Numbered from the stretch's first letter, positions 38,339 through 48,875 are shown. The stretch: DNA of 64,000 bases from Blastococcus sp. (GCA_025965715.1 JAOPWJ010000053.1:1291-65290); one strand, 5' to 3'. The notes: generated from the letters alone by a model not told the origin. Program-made: numbers and translations.

Positions 38339-39399
38339 CGCGGCGCCGTCCCCGGCTCGAAGGGCACGCCGGTCTCCGCGGACAGCTGGAGCAGGTCGGC
38401 CAGGGTCTGCTCGGCCAGGTGCAGACCGCCCGCGGCCAGCGCTGCCGCCTGCGCGCGGTCCTCCACCTCGCCGGGGTAGAAGACCTCGTCGACGCCAGGC
38501 GCCAGGGGCACGTCCTTCACCTCCGCGATCAGCTGCTCGACGCGCTCGGTGTACCCGCCGGGATCGCCGAAGGCCGCGGGGTCGATGGCGAGGAAGAGAT
38601 GCCCGCAGCCGCTGCGCCGCTCGGGCTCGTAGGGGCCGTGGACCGACGCTCCGACGCTGCTGCCGGTGAGCGCCCCGGAGAGCACGTCCATGAGGAACGT
38701 GATGGCGTAGCCCTTGTGGCCGGCCATCGGCAGGAGGACGCCGAGCACGCCCTCGGCCGGGTCGGTGGTCGGGCTGCCGTCGGGGGCCATCGCCCACGTC
38801 TCGGGAATGGCCTCGCCGCGGTTCTTCGCGAGATGGATCTTGCCGCGGGCGACCGCGGTGTTGGCGATGTCCACCGCGACGACGCGGCCGTCGGCCGCCG
38901 GCGCCGCGATCGACCAGGGGTTGGTGCCGAGCACCTTCTCGCGCCCGCCCCACGGCGCCATCGCCGGGCTCGCGTTCGTGGTGAGGATCGCGACGCAGCC
39001 GTCCCGTGCGGCCCGCCGGGTCCAGTACATGGCCGTGCCGAAGTGGTTGGAGTTCCGCACACCCACCACGCCGACGCCGTGCGTGCGGGCCCGCTCCACC
39101 GCGAGCCGGCGGGCCGTGTCGGCGAGGACCTGCCCGATGCCGTCGCGGCCGTCGAGGAGCAGCAGGGGACCGGTGTCGGACAGGACGGCGGGGTCGGTGC
39201 GGGCGGTCATGGCCCCGCTCCGCAGCCGGGCGACGTACCAGGGCAGGCGCAGGACGCCGTGCGAGCCGTGGCCCCAGAGATCGGCCTGCACCAGGCTGTC
39301 GGCCACCAGTGCCGCATCGTCGCGGGGGACGTCCAGCGTCCCCAGCAGGCCGGCGGTGAAGTCGCGCAGTGCCGCCGGCGGAACCGGGAGCTCCGGCAT
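38335..39399 (-). CDS. Ldh_2 family NAD(P)-dependent oxidoreductase (AllD/ComC-like)
   Basis: ADLWGHGSHGVLRL, NSNHFG, GTNPWS, GHKGY, YPGE. Confidence 0.9.
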   Translation of the reverse strand: MPELPVPPAALRDFTAGLLGTLDVPRDDAALVADSLVQADLWGHGSHGVLRLPWYVARLRSGAMTARTDPAVLSDTGPLLLLDGRDGIGQVLADTARRLAVERARTHGVGVVGVRNSNHFGTAMYWTRRAARDGCVAILTTNASPAMAPWGGREKVLGTNPWSIAAPAADGRVVAVDIANTAVARGKIHLAKNRGEAIPETWAMAPDGSPTTDPAEGVLGVLLPMAGHKGYAITFLMDVLSGALTGSSVGASVHGPYEPERRSGCGHLFLAIDPAAFGDPGGYTERVEQLIAEVKDVPLAPGVDEVFYPGEVEDRAQAAALAAGGLHLAEQTLADLLQLSAETGVPFEPGTAPR

Positions 39400-39429
39400 G
39401 ACGACCCCCCTTGTCCAGGTGCTGCGATC

Positions 39430-39450
39430 CTGTATACACGCTGTATACAG
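39430..39450. promoter_or_regulatory. tandem TGTATACA palindromes, probable GntR operator
   Basis: CTGTATACACGCTGTATACAG in the divergent promoter next to the GntR operon. Confidence 0.75.
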
Positions 39451-39473
39451 TTCGGTCCGGCGAGAGGACGGCG

Positions 39474-39785
39474 ATGTTCAGCCTGACGGTGCAGCTGCGG
39501 GTGCGGCCGGAGAAGCGGTCGGAGTTCCTCGCCGCGATGTCCGCCAATGGCGAGGCATCGGTGCGCGACGAGCCCGGCTGCCTGCGGTTCGACGTCTGCT
39601 CGGTCGACGCCGACGAGAGCCGGTTCGTGCTCTACGAGCTCTACACCGATGCCGAGGCCTTCGCCGCGCACAAGGCGGCACCGCACTTCGCCCGGTGGCG
39701 GGCCGTCGCCGGGGACTTCGTCGTCGAACAGGTGAACACGTCCGGGTCACTGCTGGTCTCTCACAGCGCCGAGGAGTCCGCGTGA
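39474..39785 (+). CDS. ABM / putative quinol monooxygenase (LsrG-like)
   Basis: SVRDEPGCLRFDV, FVLYELY, FAAHKAAPHFARW. Confidence 0.88.
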   Translation: MFSLTVQLRVRPEKRSEFLAAMSANGEASVRDEPGCLRFDVCSVDADESRFVLYELYTDAEAFAAHKAAPHFARWRAVAGDFVVEQVNTSGSLLVSHSAEESA

Positions 39786-40237
39786 GCGGGCCGTCCGGTC
39801 AACCCGCACCGCCGTCGATGGTTCTGCGCCCTGACGACATCGAACGTTTCGACCGCGGCAACGGCGTCGTCAGCATCCCGTTCGTGGGCAGGTGGAACTG
39901 CGAGGGCAACGCGGTCACCACCGGGATGACCGTCTTCGCTCCGGGCACCGGCATCCCGCTGCACTCGCACAACGTCGAGGAGACGGTCCTCGTCTTCGAG
40001 GGGGAGGCGACCGCCGTCGTCGGTGACGACGAGTTCGACCTGGTCGCCGGGCAGGCCACCTGGGTGCCGGCCGGCACTCCGCACTGCTTCGGCAACCGCG
40101 GCGCGGGCTCGATGACCATCTACTGGGTCTACGGCGGCCGCGACGTCACCCGCACCATCACCGCGACCGGGGAGACGTTCGCTCACCTGTCCGACAGCGA
40201 CCGGGGGGCGAGTCCTTCGTCGGAAGCTCCGGCATGA
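39782..40237 (+). CDS. cupin domain protein
   Basis: PLHSHNVEE...GEA...VPAGTPHCFGN metal-binding cupin motifs; GTGA overlap. Confidence 0.88.
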   Translation: MSGPSGQPAPPSMVLRPDDIERFDRGNGVVSIPFVGRWNCEGNAVTTGMTVFAPGTGIPLHSHNVEETVLVFEGEATAVVGDDEFDLVAGQATWVPAGTPHCFGNRGAGSMTIYWVYGGRDVTRTITATGETFAHLSDSDRGASPSSEAPA

Positions 40238-40339
40238 GCGTCGTCGTGACGGGGAACCGCCCAGATCGAGGCCGAGATGTGTGCCGGGAAGGACGCGGCC
40301 ACCGCGTCACCGCGCCCCAGTGAGCCGTCGAGGAGGGCG

Positions 40340-41419
40340 ATGAGGACCACCCGCCGGTACCGCCTCGGCGTCCTCCTCGGCGACGGCATCGGTCCGGAGA
40401 TCGTGCCCGCCGCGGTGCGCGTCGTCGACGCCGCGCTCGCCGCGGTCGGCGCGCAGCCGGTCGACTGGCAGGAGCTGCCGCTGGGCGTCTCCGCCATCGT
40501 CGAGCACGGCAGCGCCATCCCGTCGTCCACGCTGGCAGCCCTGGCCGGGTTGGACGGCTGGCTGCTCGGGCCGCACGACAGTGCGGCCTATCCCGAGCCC
40601 TTCCGGTCGGAGCTGAACCCGAGCGGCACCATCCGCAAGCACTTCGACCTGTACGCCAACATCCGCCCCGCGCGCGGGTTCGAAGGCGGAACGGCGATCG
40701 CCCCGGACACCGATCTGGTGATCGTGCGGGAGAACACCGAGGGGTTCTACGCCGACCGGAACACGTTCGCCGGCACGGGGGAGTTCATGCCCACGCCGGA
40801 CGTCGCGATCGCCATGGGCGTCTTCACCCGGCCGTCGATCGAGCGGATCGCCCGGACGGCCTTCGAGCTGGCCCGGCGACGGAGGAAGAAGCTCACGATC
40901 GTGCACAAGGCGAACGTGCTGCAGCTGACCTCCGGCCTGTTCAGGACGGTCTGCCTCGAGGTCGCGCAGGGCTATCCCGAGGTGGCCGTGGACGACGCCC
41001 ACATCGACGCGATGACCGTGCACCTGCTCCGCCGGGCGGCCGACTTCGACGTCGTGGTCGCGGAGAACATGTTCGGCGACATCCTGTCCGACCTGACCGG
41101 TGAGCTCGCCGGATCGCTGGGCATCGCACCGTCGATCAACGCCTCCGACGACCGGGCCATGGCCCAGGCGGCCCACGGGTCAGCACCCGACATCGCCGGC
41201 ACGGGCCGGGCGAATCCGATCGCGATGATGTTGTCCTCGGCAATGCTGCTCGACTGGCTGGGCACCCGCTACGGGGACGCCCGGACGGCGGCCGCCGCCG
41301 CCCGCATCGAGGACGCCGTCCGGACGGCCGTCCGCAACGGCGTCAGCACCGGCGACCTGGGCGGCTCCGCGTCGACGACCGGGTTCACCGACACCGTCGT
41401 CGCAAGCGTCGGCGCCTGA
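40340..41419 (+). CDS. isocitrate/isopropylmalate (beta-decarboxylating) dehydrogenase family protein
   Basis: [49 protein letters not shown]. Confidence 0.92.
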   Translation: MRTTRRYRLGVLLGDGIGPEIVPAAVRVVDAALAAVGAQPVDWQELPLGVSAIVEHGSAIPSSTLAALAGLDGWLLGPHDSAAYPEPFRSELNPSGTIRKHFDLYANIRPARGFEGGTAIAPDTDLVIVRENTEGFYADRNTFAGTGEFMPTPDVAIAMGVFTRPSIERIARTAFELARRRRKKLTIVHKANVLQLTSGLFRTVCLEVAQGYPEVAVDDAHIDAMTVHLLRRAADFDVVVAENMFGDILSDLTGELAGSLGIAPSINASDDRAMAQAAHGSAPDIAGTGRANPIAMMLSSAMLLDWLGTRYGDARTAAAAARIEDAVRTAVRNGVSTGDLGGSASTTGFTDTVVASVGA

Positions 41420-41460
41420 CAGCCTCGAGCCCTAGTTCCCCCGACAGAGAGCGAGCTCCC

Positions 41461-41949
41461 ATGACAGCCCCCGCAACCACCGACCTCTGCGACGCCCATC
41501 CGGAGGCGCAGGTGTGCGAGCCGGTGTTCCAGCCCTTCGGTGGCCGGCTCACGTTCAGCGGCCCCATCACCACCCTCAAGGTGTTCGAGGACAACACCCT
41601 GATCAAGCAGGCGGTCGGGGAGCCGGGAAAGGGACGGGTGCTCGTCGTCGACGGCGGCGGGTCGAAACGGTGCGGGCTGGTGGGCGGAAACCTGGCGGTC
41701 TCGGCGGCGACCAACGGCTGGGCCGGGATCGTCGTCTACGGGTGCATCCGGGACGCCGACGAACTGGCCGAGCAGCCGCTGGGCGTGCGGGCCCTCGCAG
41801 CGTTCCCGCGCAAGAGCCAGCGCGGGCTGCACTCGGGTCAGGCCGGCATCCCGGTGATCTTCGCGGGCGTGGTGTTCCGCGAGGGGGAGTGGCTGTGCGC
41901 CGACCGGGACGGCATCGTCGTCCTCCCCGAGCCGCCGGCCGCCTCCTGA
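41461..41949 (+). CDS. rraA: RraA/MenG-like protein (HMG aldolase / oxaloacetate decarboxylase family)
   Basis: [33 protein letters not shown]. Confidence 0.88.
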   Translation: MTAPATTDLCDAHPEAQVCEPVFQPFGGRLTFSGPITTLKVFEDNTLIKQAVGEPGKGRVLVVDGGGSKRCGLVGGNLAVSAATNGWAGIVVYGCIRDADELAEQPLGVRALAAFPRKSQRGLHSGQAGIPVIFAGVVFREGEWLCADRDGIVVLPEPPAAS

Positions 41950-41999
41950 GCGGAGTGCGAGGGCGCGGCGAACGCGCCCCTGCCCACCCCGGTCGGGCG

Positions 42000-42392
42000 T
42001 CAGTCCGCCTTGACGGCCAGGACGGGGCAGTTCGCGTCGAGCAGGATCCGCTGCGCCTGGCTGCCGGTGATCAGCTTGCCGGTGGCGCTGCGGCGGCGCA
42101 GGCCGATGACGATCAGGCTGGCCTCCAGTTCGTCGGCGAGGTCGACGAGCTGGGCCGAGGGCTCGTCTCCCTTGAACTTCTGGTCGATCTGGTAGTCGAC
42201 GCCGCTCTCGTCGAGGCGCTGCCGGACCGCGGTGAGCTGTTCGGCGTTGGCCAGCCGGTTGTCCACCGGGGCGCTCCCGCGGGAGGTGTTGACGACGTGC
42301 AGTCCCTCCTTGCGCAGCTGCGCCTCCTGGATCGCGGCGGTGAGTGCGGCGTCGCCCTGCGGGGTGGGTACGTATCCGACGACGATGGTCAT
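42000..42392 (-). CDS. universal stress protein (copy 2)
   Basis: MTIVVGYVP; VIGLRRRSATGKLITGSQAQRILLDANCPVLAVK. Confidence 0.92.
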   Translation of the reverse strand: MTIVVGYVPTPQGDAALTAAIQEAQLRKEGLHVVNTSRGSAPVDNRLANAEQLTAVRQRLDESGVDYQIDQKFKGDEPSAQLVDLADELEASLIVIGLRRRSATGKLITGSQAQRILLDANCPVLAVKAD

Positions 42393-42452
42393 GCCCACAG
42401 CCTTCCCGATGCCGTGATCATCCGTGCGACCGACCCGGTCGACCACCCGCGA

Positions 42453-42686
42453 TCAGCGACGGCGGAGCCGGCGGGTGAGCCGGTGCATGCGGCCGGCGGT
42501 CAGCCCCTGCGCCGGAGGGGCGGGTGCCGGTTCCGGGTCGGTCAGCGACGCGGCGCGCTCGTGCAGCCGGGCTCGGACGTCGTCGGGTGTGTAGGCGCGG
42601 CGTTGGCGTTCGTTGCGGGCCAGCACGGCACCGGTCGCCGCCACCCCGGCGAGGCCGGCCAGTCCGAGCAGCTTCCACAGACGCAC
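42453..42686 (-). CDS. small membrane-anchored hypothetical protein
   Basis: VRLWKLLGLAGLAGVAATGAVLARNERQRRAYTPDDVRARLHER. Confidence 0.75.
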   Translation of the reverse strand: MRLWKLLGLAGLAGVAATGAVLARNERQRRAYTPDDVRARLHERAASLTDPEPAPAPPAQGLTAGRMHRLTRRLRRR

Positions 42687-42704
42687 GGTCCGTAACGTAG
42701 CGGT
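42687..42704. promoter_or_regulatory. bidirectional promoter with overlapping -10 hexamers (leaderless in both directions)
   Basis: TAACGT-N6-GTG on plus and TACGTT-N7-GTG on minus within an 18-bp gap. Confidence 0.6.
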
Positions 42705-43337
42705 GTGCCCGATCTCGCACTCGACCAGGCCGTCGAGCTCACCCGCACCGGCGACGTGTGGGTCTTCCGTGGCGCCTCGCTGGCCGACCGCGCGATCCAG
42801 GCGCTGACCAACGCGCCGGTGAACCACGTGGGCATGGCCGTCGTCCTCGAGGACCTGCCGCCGCTGCTCTGGCATGCCGAGCTCGGCCGGTCCCTGCCCG
42901 ACGCCTGGACCGGCAACCACCAGCGCGGCGTCCAGTTGCACGACCTGCGCGACGCCGTCCTCACCTGGCGGCGGCGTTACGGGCAGCAGGCCTGGTTGCG
43001 CCAGCTCGTCGGTCCGGCGGAGGACGGCGGTGTCACACCGGAGATGGAGGACGCTGTCCTGCGCACCATCGCCCGCCTCGACGGCAAACCGTTTCCCACC
43101 ACCCGTGGCCTGGCCACCGGCTGGATCAACGGCCGGCTGCGCCGGCAGACCTCGGCGGACACGGTGTTCTGCGCCGAGCTGGTGGCCGCCACCTACACGG
43201 CGATGGACCTGCTGCCGCCGTCACGGCCGCGGAACTGGTACGACCCCGGCAGCTTCTGGTCCGGTGACGACCTGGAGCTGCTGCGGGGCGCGAAGCTCGG
43301 ACCCGAGATCGCGGTCGACGTGCCGCTCACCGACTGA
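42705..43337 (+). CDS. permuted papain-like (NlpC/P60 superfamily, YiiX-like) protein
   Basis: TGDVWVFRG, NHVGMAV, FCAELVAATY (His precedes Cys, the permuted order). Confidence 0.75.
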   Translation: MPDLALDQAVELTRTGDVWVFRGASLADRAIQALTNAPVNHVGMAVVLEDLPPLLWHAELGRSLPDAWTGNHQRGVQLHDLRDAVLTWRRRYGQQAWLRQLVGPAEDGGVTPEMEDAVLRTIARLDGKPFPTTRGLATGWINGRLRRQTSADTVFCAELVAATYTAMDLLPPSRPRNWYDPGSFWSGDDLELLRGAKLGPEIAVDVPLTD

Positions 43338-43881
43338 CGGAGTAGGTCGACTGCACCACGCCCCCGGAGTGGACCTTCGTGCGGACGTGCTCCAGGGGGA
43401 TGTCGGCGGGGAAGGCGCCGAAGGGACTGTGCCCCTCGCCGATGAGGACCGGCACGCGCGTCAGGGTCAGGTCGCCGATCAACCCGGCCGCCAGGAACGT
43501 GCGCACCGTGCGCCCGCCGTCGACGTAGACCCGTCGGTATCCCGCGGAGTTCAGCGCCGCAACCGCCTCGGCGAACGAGCCGTGCACGGTGATGCGGGCG
43601 TCGGCGCCCGGCTGGAGGGTCGTGCTGAGCACGTGGACCGGGCGGCCCTGGTAGGGCCACGCGGACAGCGGCGCGATGACGTCGTACGTGCCGCGGCCCA
43701 TGACGAGCGCGTCGGCGGCGGCGACGAACTCGGAGAACCCGAAGTCGCCGCCGCTGCCGTCGTCGGGCGCGCCGCCTCCTTGCGTTTCGCCCGTGAGCCA
43801 GGACAGGTCGCCGTCGAGCCGGGCGATGAACCCGTCGACGCTCATGCCCAGGAAGACCGAACCGGTGAAGGACGCGTCCAT
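43327..43881 (-). CDS. dihydrofolate reductase / RibD C-terminal family protein
   Basis: SVDGFIAR, VMGRGTYD, VYVDGG, PVLIGEG. Confidence 0.9.
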   Translation of the reverse strand: MDASFTGSVFLGMSVDGFIARLDGDLSWLTGETQGGGAPDDGSGGDFGFSEFVAAADALVMGRGTYDVIAPLSAWPYQGRPVHVLSTTLQPGADARITVHGSFAEAVAALNSAGYRRVYVDGGRTVRTFLAAGLIGDLTLTRVPVLIGEGHSPFGAFPADIPLEHVRTKVHSGGVVQSTYSVSR

Positions 43882-44216
43882 GGCAGGCACTGTGCCGCAC
43901 CGGTACGACGATGCCAGGGCCGACGAGCGGGGTGCCCGTGCTGTCCGGGTGCCGCGATGGCCTGGCGCGTCGGCCTCGGTGGGTCGCGCAGGACCCGGTG
44001 GCCGGACCGTCGGTCAGGGTGGGGCGCACTTGCGCTCCGCGCGGGTGCGCCGTGCCGGCCCAGCTCGTCGGCGTGGACCGTGGTCCAGTGACTACTGCTC
44101 GCCGGTCCGTGGCAGCCGCAGCGCGCCGTCGTCGGTCCGCGGTCGGGACCGGACGGGTGCGTGCCTGCCTGGCCAGGCTCCGGGGACGGCGTCGATGAGC
44201 CGACACCGGCTTGCGC

Positions 44217-44576
44217 CTACCGGCGCCGCGACCCGCCGGCGGCACGCGCCGCGAGCCCCGCGTAGGCCGCGGCGACCCCGCCGCTGACCAGCGCGGCGCG
44301 GCGGTAGCGCCGTGATCCCAGCAGCGGCAGCATGCTCGCCGCATGCACCGCGTCGACCACCGCGGCGGAGCGCGCTACCGGTGTCCGGGGAGTGGCCAGC
44401 ACCACGGCGTTCTGTGCCACGATGCGTGCCCCCAGCACGCGCACCACCCAGACGCGCGACTCCGGGAATTCCGGGCAGAGCCGCGCCACCAGCTCGCGCG
44501 GCCGGATCAGCAGGGCCACCCCCCACCCGAGTCCGGCGCCGGCGAGCAGCCGGGTCGGCCTTCCGCGGGCGGTCAC
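44217..44576 (-). CDS. hypothetical membrane protein
   Basis: VRVLGARIVAQ...VDAVHAASML...RRAALVS. Confidence 0.7.
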   Translation of the reverse strand: MTARGRPTRLLAGAGLGWGVALLIRPRELVARLCPEFPESRVWVVRVLGARIVAQNAVVLATPRTPVARSAAVVDAVHAASMLPLLGSRRYRRAALVSGGVAAAYAGLAARAAGGSRRR

Positions 44577-44673
44577 GGTGGTCTTCTTGCCCGGATGAGC
44601 TCCTGCGGAACCTCGGACTCCGCCTGCAGGGGAGCTCGAGGGTCCGCCGGGACAGGTGCACCCACCCCCTACC

Positions 44674-46953
44674 TCAGGCAGTCGGTGCCGCCCGGACCGC
44701 CGGGAGGGGGGTGGGTGCGCCCCGGTTCTCCGGCAGCGGCGTGAACCCCCGGAGCCGGAGGCTGTTCGTGACCACGAAGACCGAGCTGAACGCCATGGCA
44801 GCGCCCGCGATCATCGGATTGAGCAGCCCGGCGGCGGCCAGCGGTATCGCGGCGACGTTGTAGGCGAACGCCCAGAACAAGTTGACCTTGATCGTGCCCA
44901 AGGTGCGCCGGGCCAACCGGATCGCGTCGGCGGCCACTCGCAGGTCACCGCGCACCAGGGTCAGATCGCTGGCCTCTATCGCAACGTCGGTCCCCGTGCC
45001 CATCGCCAGCCCCAGATCGGCCTGGGCGAGCGCGGCGGCGTCGTTCACGCCGTCGCCCACCATGGCGACCGTCCGCCCCTCGGCCTGCAGCCGCTTGATC
45101 ACCGCCACCTTGTCGGCGGGCAGCACCTCGGCGATCACCTGCTCGATGCCGACCGCGGCGGCGACGGCTCGCGCCACCGTCGCGTTGTCGCCGGTCAGCA
45201 GGATCGGCGTCAGGCCGAGGCCGCGCAGCCGGCGGACCGCCTCAGCGGAGGAGTCCTTGACCGCGTCGGCCACGACCAGGACGCCGCGCGCGGCGCCGTC
45301 CCAGCCGACCGCGACCGCGGTCCGGCCGGAGGCCTCGGCAGCCGCCACGGCCCGCTCCAGGTCGGCGGGCAGCGGGAGTGAGCAGTCGGCGAGCAGCGCG
45401 GGGCGGCCGACGACGAGCGCGGCGCCATCGACCACCCCGCGGACCCCGAGGCCCGCGAGGTTGGCGAAGTCGGTGGCGGCCGGCAGCGGCCCGGTCCGCT
45501 CCGCGGCGGCGCCGGCCACCGCCTGCGCCACCGGGTGCTCCGACGCGGCCTCGAGCGCACCGGCCAGCCGGAGCACACGCGCGGCGTCCTCACCGGTGGC
45601 GGGCACGACGTCGAGGAGGGTCATCCGCCCGGTGGTGACCGTGCCGGTCTTGTCGAGGACGACGGTGTCGACGCGGCGGGTCGACTCGAGCACCTCGGGA
45701 CCCTTGATCAGGATGCCCAGCTGGGCTCCTCGGCCGGTGCCGACCATGAGCGCGGTCGGCGTGGCGAGGCCGAGGGCGCAGGGGCAGGCGATGATGAGCA
45801 CCGCCACGGCGGCGGTGAAGGCCGCGGGCAGCCCGGCGCCCGTGCCGATCCAGAAGCCGAGGGTCGCGACCGCCAGCGCGAGCACGATCGGCACGAAGAC
45901 TCCGGAGATCCGGTCGGCCAGGCGCTGCACCTCGGCCTTGCCGTTCTGTGCGTCCTCGACGAGGCGAGCCATCTGCGCCAGCTGGGTGGCGGTGCCCACG
46001 CGGGTCGCCCGCACGACCAGACGGCCGCCGGCGTTGACGGTTCCAGCGGCGACCACGGCGCCGGGACCCACCTCGACCGGCACCGACTCCCCGGTCAGCA
46101 TCGAGGCGTCCACGGCCGAGGAGCCCTCGGTCACCTCGCCGTCAGCGGCGATCTTCTCACCGGGCCGCAGCACGAAGAGGTCGCCGACCGCCAGCTCCCC
46201 GACCGGCATCCGCCGCTCCGCGCCTCCCCGCAGGACCGACACCTCCTTGGCGCCCAGCTCCAGCAGGGCGCGCAGGGCGGCGCCGGCCCGACGCTTGGAT
46301 CGGGCCTCGGCGTACCGCCCGGCCAGGATGAAGGTGGTCACCCCGGCTGCGGCTTCGAGATAGATGTTGGCGCCGCCGTCGGTGCGCGCGATCGTCAGCT
46401 CGAAGGCGTGGGTCATGCCCGGCTCGCCCGCGCTGCCCAGGAACAGTGCGTACAACGACCAGCCGAAGGCGGCCAGGGTGCCCAGGGAGACCAGGGTGTC
46501 CATCGTGGCGGTGCCGTGGCGGGCATTGGACCAGGCCGCGCGGTGGAACGGTGCGCCGCCCCAGACGACGACCGGCGCCGCGAGGGTGAGGGAGAGCCAC
46601 TGCCTGAAGTCGAACTGCCAAGCGGGGACCATCGCCAGCGTGATCACCGGGATGGTGAGCGCCGTCGAGATGAGCAGCCGCCGCCGCAGGACCCCGTCCT
46701 CCGCACTGGCACCGTCGGGCTGAGCCTCTGGACGCGGCCGGGGGAGCTCGGCGGTGTAGCCCGTCTTCTGCACGGTGGCCACGAGGTCCTGCGGCGTCAC
46801 GCCGGGGCCGTAGCTGACCTTCGCCTTCTCGGTGGCGTAGTTGACCGTCGCGGTCACGCCGTCGAGCCGGTTCAGCTTCTTCTCGATGCGCGCAGCGCAG
46901 GACGCGCACGTCATACCGCCGATGAGGAGCTCGACGTTGCTCGGGGCGGTCAC
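44674..46953 (-). CDS. copA: Cu(I)-translocating P1B ATPase
   Basis: GMTCASC, TGES, CPC, DKTGT, SEHP, GDGVND, YN and MAFSS motifs. Confidence 0.94.
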   Translation of the reverse strand: MTAPSNVELLIGGMTCASCAARIEKKLNRLDGVTATVNYATEKAKVSYGPGVTPQDLVATVQKTGYTAELPRPRPEAQPDGASAEDGVLRRRLLISTALTIPVITLAMVPAWQFDFRQWLSLTLAAPVVVWGGAPFHRAAWSNARHGTATMDTLVSLGTLAAFGWSLYALFLGSAGEPGMTHAFELTIARTDGGANIYLEAAAGVTTFILAGRYAEARSKRRAGAALRALLELGAKEVSVLRGGAERRMPVGELAVGDLFVLRPGEKIAADGEVTEGSSAVDASMLTGESVPVEVGPGAVVAAGTVNAGGRLVVRATRVGTATQLAQMARLVEDAQNGKAEVQRLADRISGVFVPIVLALAVATLGFWIGTGAGLPAAFTAAVAVLIIACPCALGLATPTALMVGTGRGAQLGILIKGPEVLESTRRVDTVVLDKTGTVTTGRMTLLDVVPATGEDAARVLRLAGALEAASEHPVAQAVAGAAAERTGPLPAATDFANLAGLGVRGVVDGAALVVGRPALLADCSLPLPADLERAVAAAEASGRTAVAVGWDGAARGVLVVADAVKDSSAEAVRRLRGLGLTPILLTGDNATVARAVAAAVGIEQVIAEVLPADKVAVIKRLQAEGRTVAMVGDGVNDAAALAQADLGLAMGTGTDVAIEASDLTLVRGDLRVAADAIRLARRTLGTIKVNLFWAFAYNVAAIPLAAAGLLNPMIAGAAMAFSSVFVVTNSLRLRGFTPLPENRGAPTPLPAVRAAPTA

Positions 46954-47858
46954 GGCGTGTGCTCCTCGGCGGTGACGACGGTGAACGCCGCCGTCCGGAC
47001 GACGCCCCGGTGGCGGAAGTCCAGGAACAGCCGGTAGGTGCCGGCCGACGGCGTGGTGGTCATGAACCGGACGTCGGGACCGGGCTGCGTCGTCCCGTCG
47101 CCCGGCTCGCCCGTCGGATGGACGTGGAGGTAGGCGAGATCGCCGTCGCGCAACACCACCAAGTGGCCGTACGCCGAGAGGTAGGGCTGCAGGTCCCGGA
47201 CCGGACGGCCGTCCTGACTCACCGAGAGGGTCAGCTCCGACTCTTCGCCGGGCACCAGCGCGCCGGCCAGGGTGACGGTGTAGCCGTCGACCTCCGTGGC
47301 CGTGGACGGCGCGGGCAACGGCTCGGGCACGTAGTCCCCGGCCACGGCCAGGTCGGCGCCGAGCACGCGGTTCTCCCCGTCGGCGGCGGCGACGAAGTCG
47401 GCGAACAGCCGCCACGTGCCGGGGGAGAGGGCCAGCGGGGTGCGCCACAGGCCCTCCTCGCCCAGCACCGGGTGGACGTGCTGGAAGCCGGTGAGGTCCC
47501 GGCGCACCGCGATCAGGTGCAGGTCCTGGTCGTGGCGCTGGTCGTAGGCGGTCACCGGATGCCCGTCGGGGCCGAGGATCCGGAACGAGACCGGTGTCGC
47601 GGCCGTGGCAGGCAGGGGGTCGTCGTCGAGGCTCAGCGTGTAACCGTCCTCGGTGACCATGAGCCCGGCAGGCAGGTGCGCCGCGCCGTCCGGCGCCGGC
47701 TCCTCGTCGTGCCCGCCGGCCGCCATGCCGTGGCCGGAGGCGGAGCTGTCGGCCAGGGCGGGTCCGACCGGTCCGACGGCGGAGCCCGCGCCCACGGCCA
47801 CGCCGAAGACGGCGACCAGGCCCAGGGCGAACGCGGCCATCCGCAGGTGAGTGTTCAT
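46950..47858 (-). CDS. His-rich exported protein of the copper operon
   Basis: N-terminal TM segment; [38 protein letters not shown]; GTGA-coupled to copA. Confidence 0.8.
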   Translation of the reverse strand: MNTHLRMAAFALGLVAVFGVAVGAGSAVGPVGPALADSSASGHGMAAGGHDEEPAPDGAAHLPAGLMVTEDGYTLSLDDDPLPATAATPVSFRILGPDGHPVTAYDQRHDQDLHLIAVRRDLTGFQHVHPVLGEEGLWRTPLALSPGTWRLFADFVAAADGENRVLGADLAVAGDYVPEPLPAPSTATEVDGYTVTLAGALVPGEESELTLSVSQDGRPVRDLQPYLSAYGHLVVLRDGDLAYLHVHPTGEPGDGTTQPGPDVRFMTTTPSAGTYRLFLDFRHRGVVRTAAFTVVTAEEHTP

Positions 47859-47874
47859 CGGACCGGCGGCCGGG

Positions 47875-48084
47875 TCACGGGCCGGCCACCGTGTAGCCGG
47901 CCTCCTCGACGGCCGCACGGACGGCGGTCTCGTCGAGGGGGGAGTCGCTGGTGACGGTCAGACCGCCACTGGCCAGGTCGACGTCGACGCCGGTGACCCC
48001 CGGCACCTGGGAGACCTCCTCGGTGACGGCGTTGACGCAGTGTCCGCAGGTCATGCCCACGACGGTGTAGCTGGCGGTGCTCAT
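47875..48084 (-). CDS. copZ: copper chaperone (HMA domain)
   Basis: GMTCGHC; AVEEAGY. Confidence 0.92.
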   Translation of the reverse strand: MSTASYTVVGMTCGHCVNAVTEEVSQVPGVTGVDVDLASGGLTVTSDSPLDETAVRAAVEEAGYTVAGP

Positions 48085-48125
48085 GACGGTCCTCTCGTCG
48101 ACGGGGTGGATCGGGAGCGCGCCAG

Positions 48126-48449
48126 TCAGGAACGGACGAGGCGGGCGATCGCCGCGGCGGCCTCGCGGACCTTCTCGTCGGACTCGCGGCCGCCGGCGCG
48201 CGCGGCCGCGACGACGCAGTGGCTGAGGTGTTCCTCGAGCAGGCCGAGGGAGACTGCCTGGAGGGCCTTGGTCATGGCCGAGACCTGGGTCAGGATGTCG
48301 ATGCAGTACTTCTCGTCCTCGACCATGCGCTGCAGGCCGCGGGCCTGACCCTCGATACGGCGCAGCCTCTTGAGGTACTCGTCCTTGCGGTGGATGTAGC
48401 CGTGGTGGTGCTCGTGGGCACCGGCACCGGCACCCTCGACGGTCTCCAT
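48126..48449 (-). CDS. csoR: CsoR copper-sensing repressor
   Basis: RLRRIEGQARG, YCIDILTQ, HLSHC. Confidence 0.93.
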   Translation of the reverse strand: METVEGAGAGAHEHHHGYIHRKDEYLKRLRRIEGQARGLQRMVEDEKYCIDILTQVSAMTKALQAVSLGLLEEHLSHCVVAAARAGGRESDEKVREAAAAIARLVRS

Positions 48450-48484
48450 GTCGTTCCCTCCCGCGCGTGCGTCTGGAGAGAACC

Positions 48485-48503
48485 ATACCCCCCTAGGGTT
48501 TAT
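48485..48503. promoter_or_regulatory. CsoR-type operator
   Basis: ATACCCCCCTAGGGTTTAT, a C/G-tract pseudo-palindrome upstream of csoR. Confidence 0.7.
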
Positions 48504-48506
48504 CTG

Positions 48507-48875
48507 TCACGTAGCGGTCGGGCCGCCGCCGGGGCCGAGCGGGTCGACGCGGGCGCGCAGCTGCTCGGCCGCCGAGCGGAAGTGGTCGGCGTCGGCGCGG
48601 GCCGAGGCGAGCTCGTCCTGCAGGCCGACGATCGTGCCGGCGGAGGCGAGCGAGTGGCCGTCGTCGAGCAGGTTGCGCACGCGGGCGGCCAGCGTCAGCT
48701 GCTGGCGGGAGTAGCGACGGTGACCGCCGGCGGACCTGTGCGGGTGTAGCACCCCCGATCCGTCGAGGCTGCGGAGGAAGGCGGCCTGCACGCCGAGCAG
48801 TTCGGCGGCCTGGCTCATGGTCAGCGCCGGGTAGTCCGGGTCGTCGAGCCGGCTCGTCGGGTCGGGAGTCCTCAC
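48507..48875 (-). CDS. MerR family regulator
   Basis: LDDPDYPALTMSQAAELLGVQAAFLR; PHRSAGGHRRYS. Confidence 0.88.
   Translation of the reverse strand: MRTPDPTSRLDDPDYPALTMSQAAELLGVQAAFLRSLDGSGVLHPHRSAGGHRRYSRQQLTLAARVRNLLDDGHSLASAGTIVGLQDELASARADADHFRSAAEQLRARVDPLGPGGGPTAT

Noticed and set aside
43900-44200. Possible gene in the gap between the DHFR-like gene and the hypothetical gene
   Set aside because: Only Arg/Pro-rich frames without motifs
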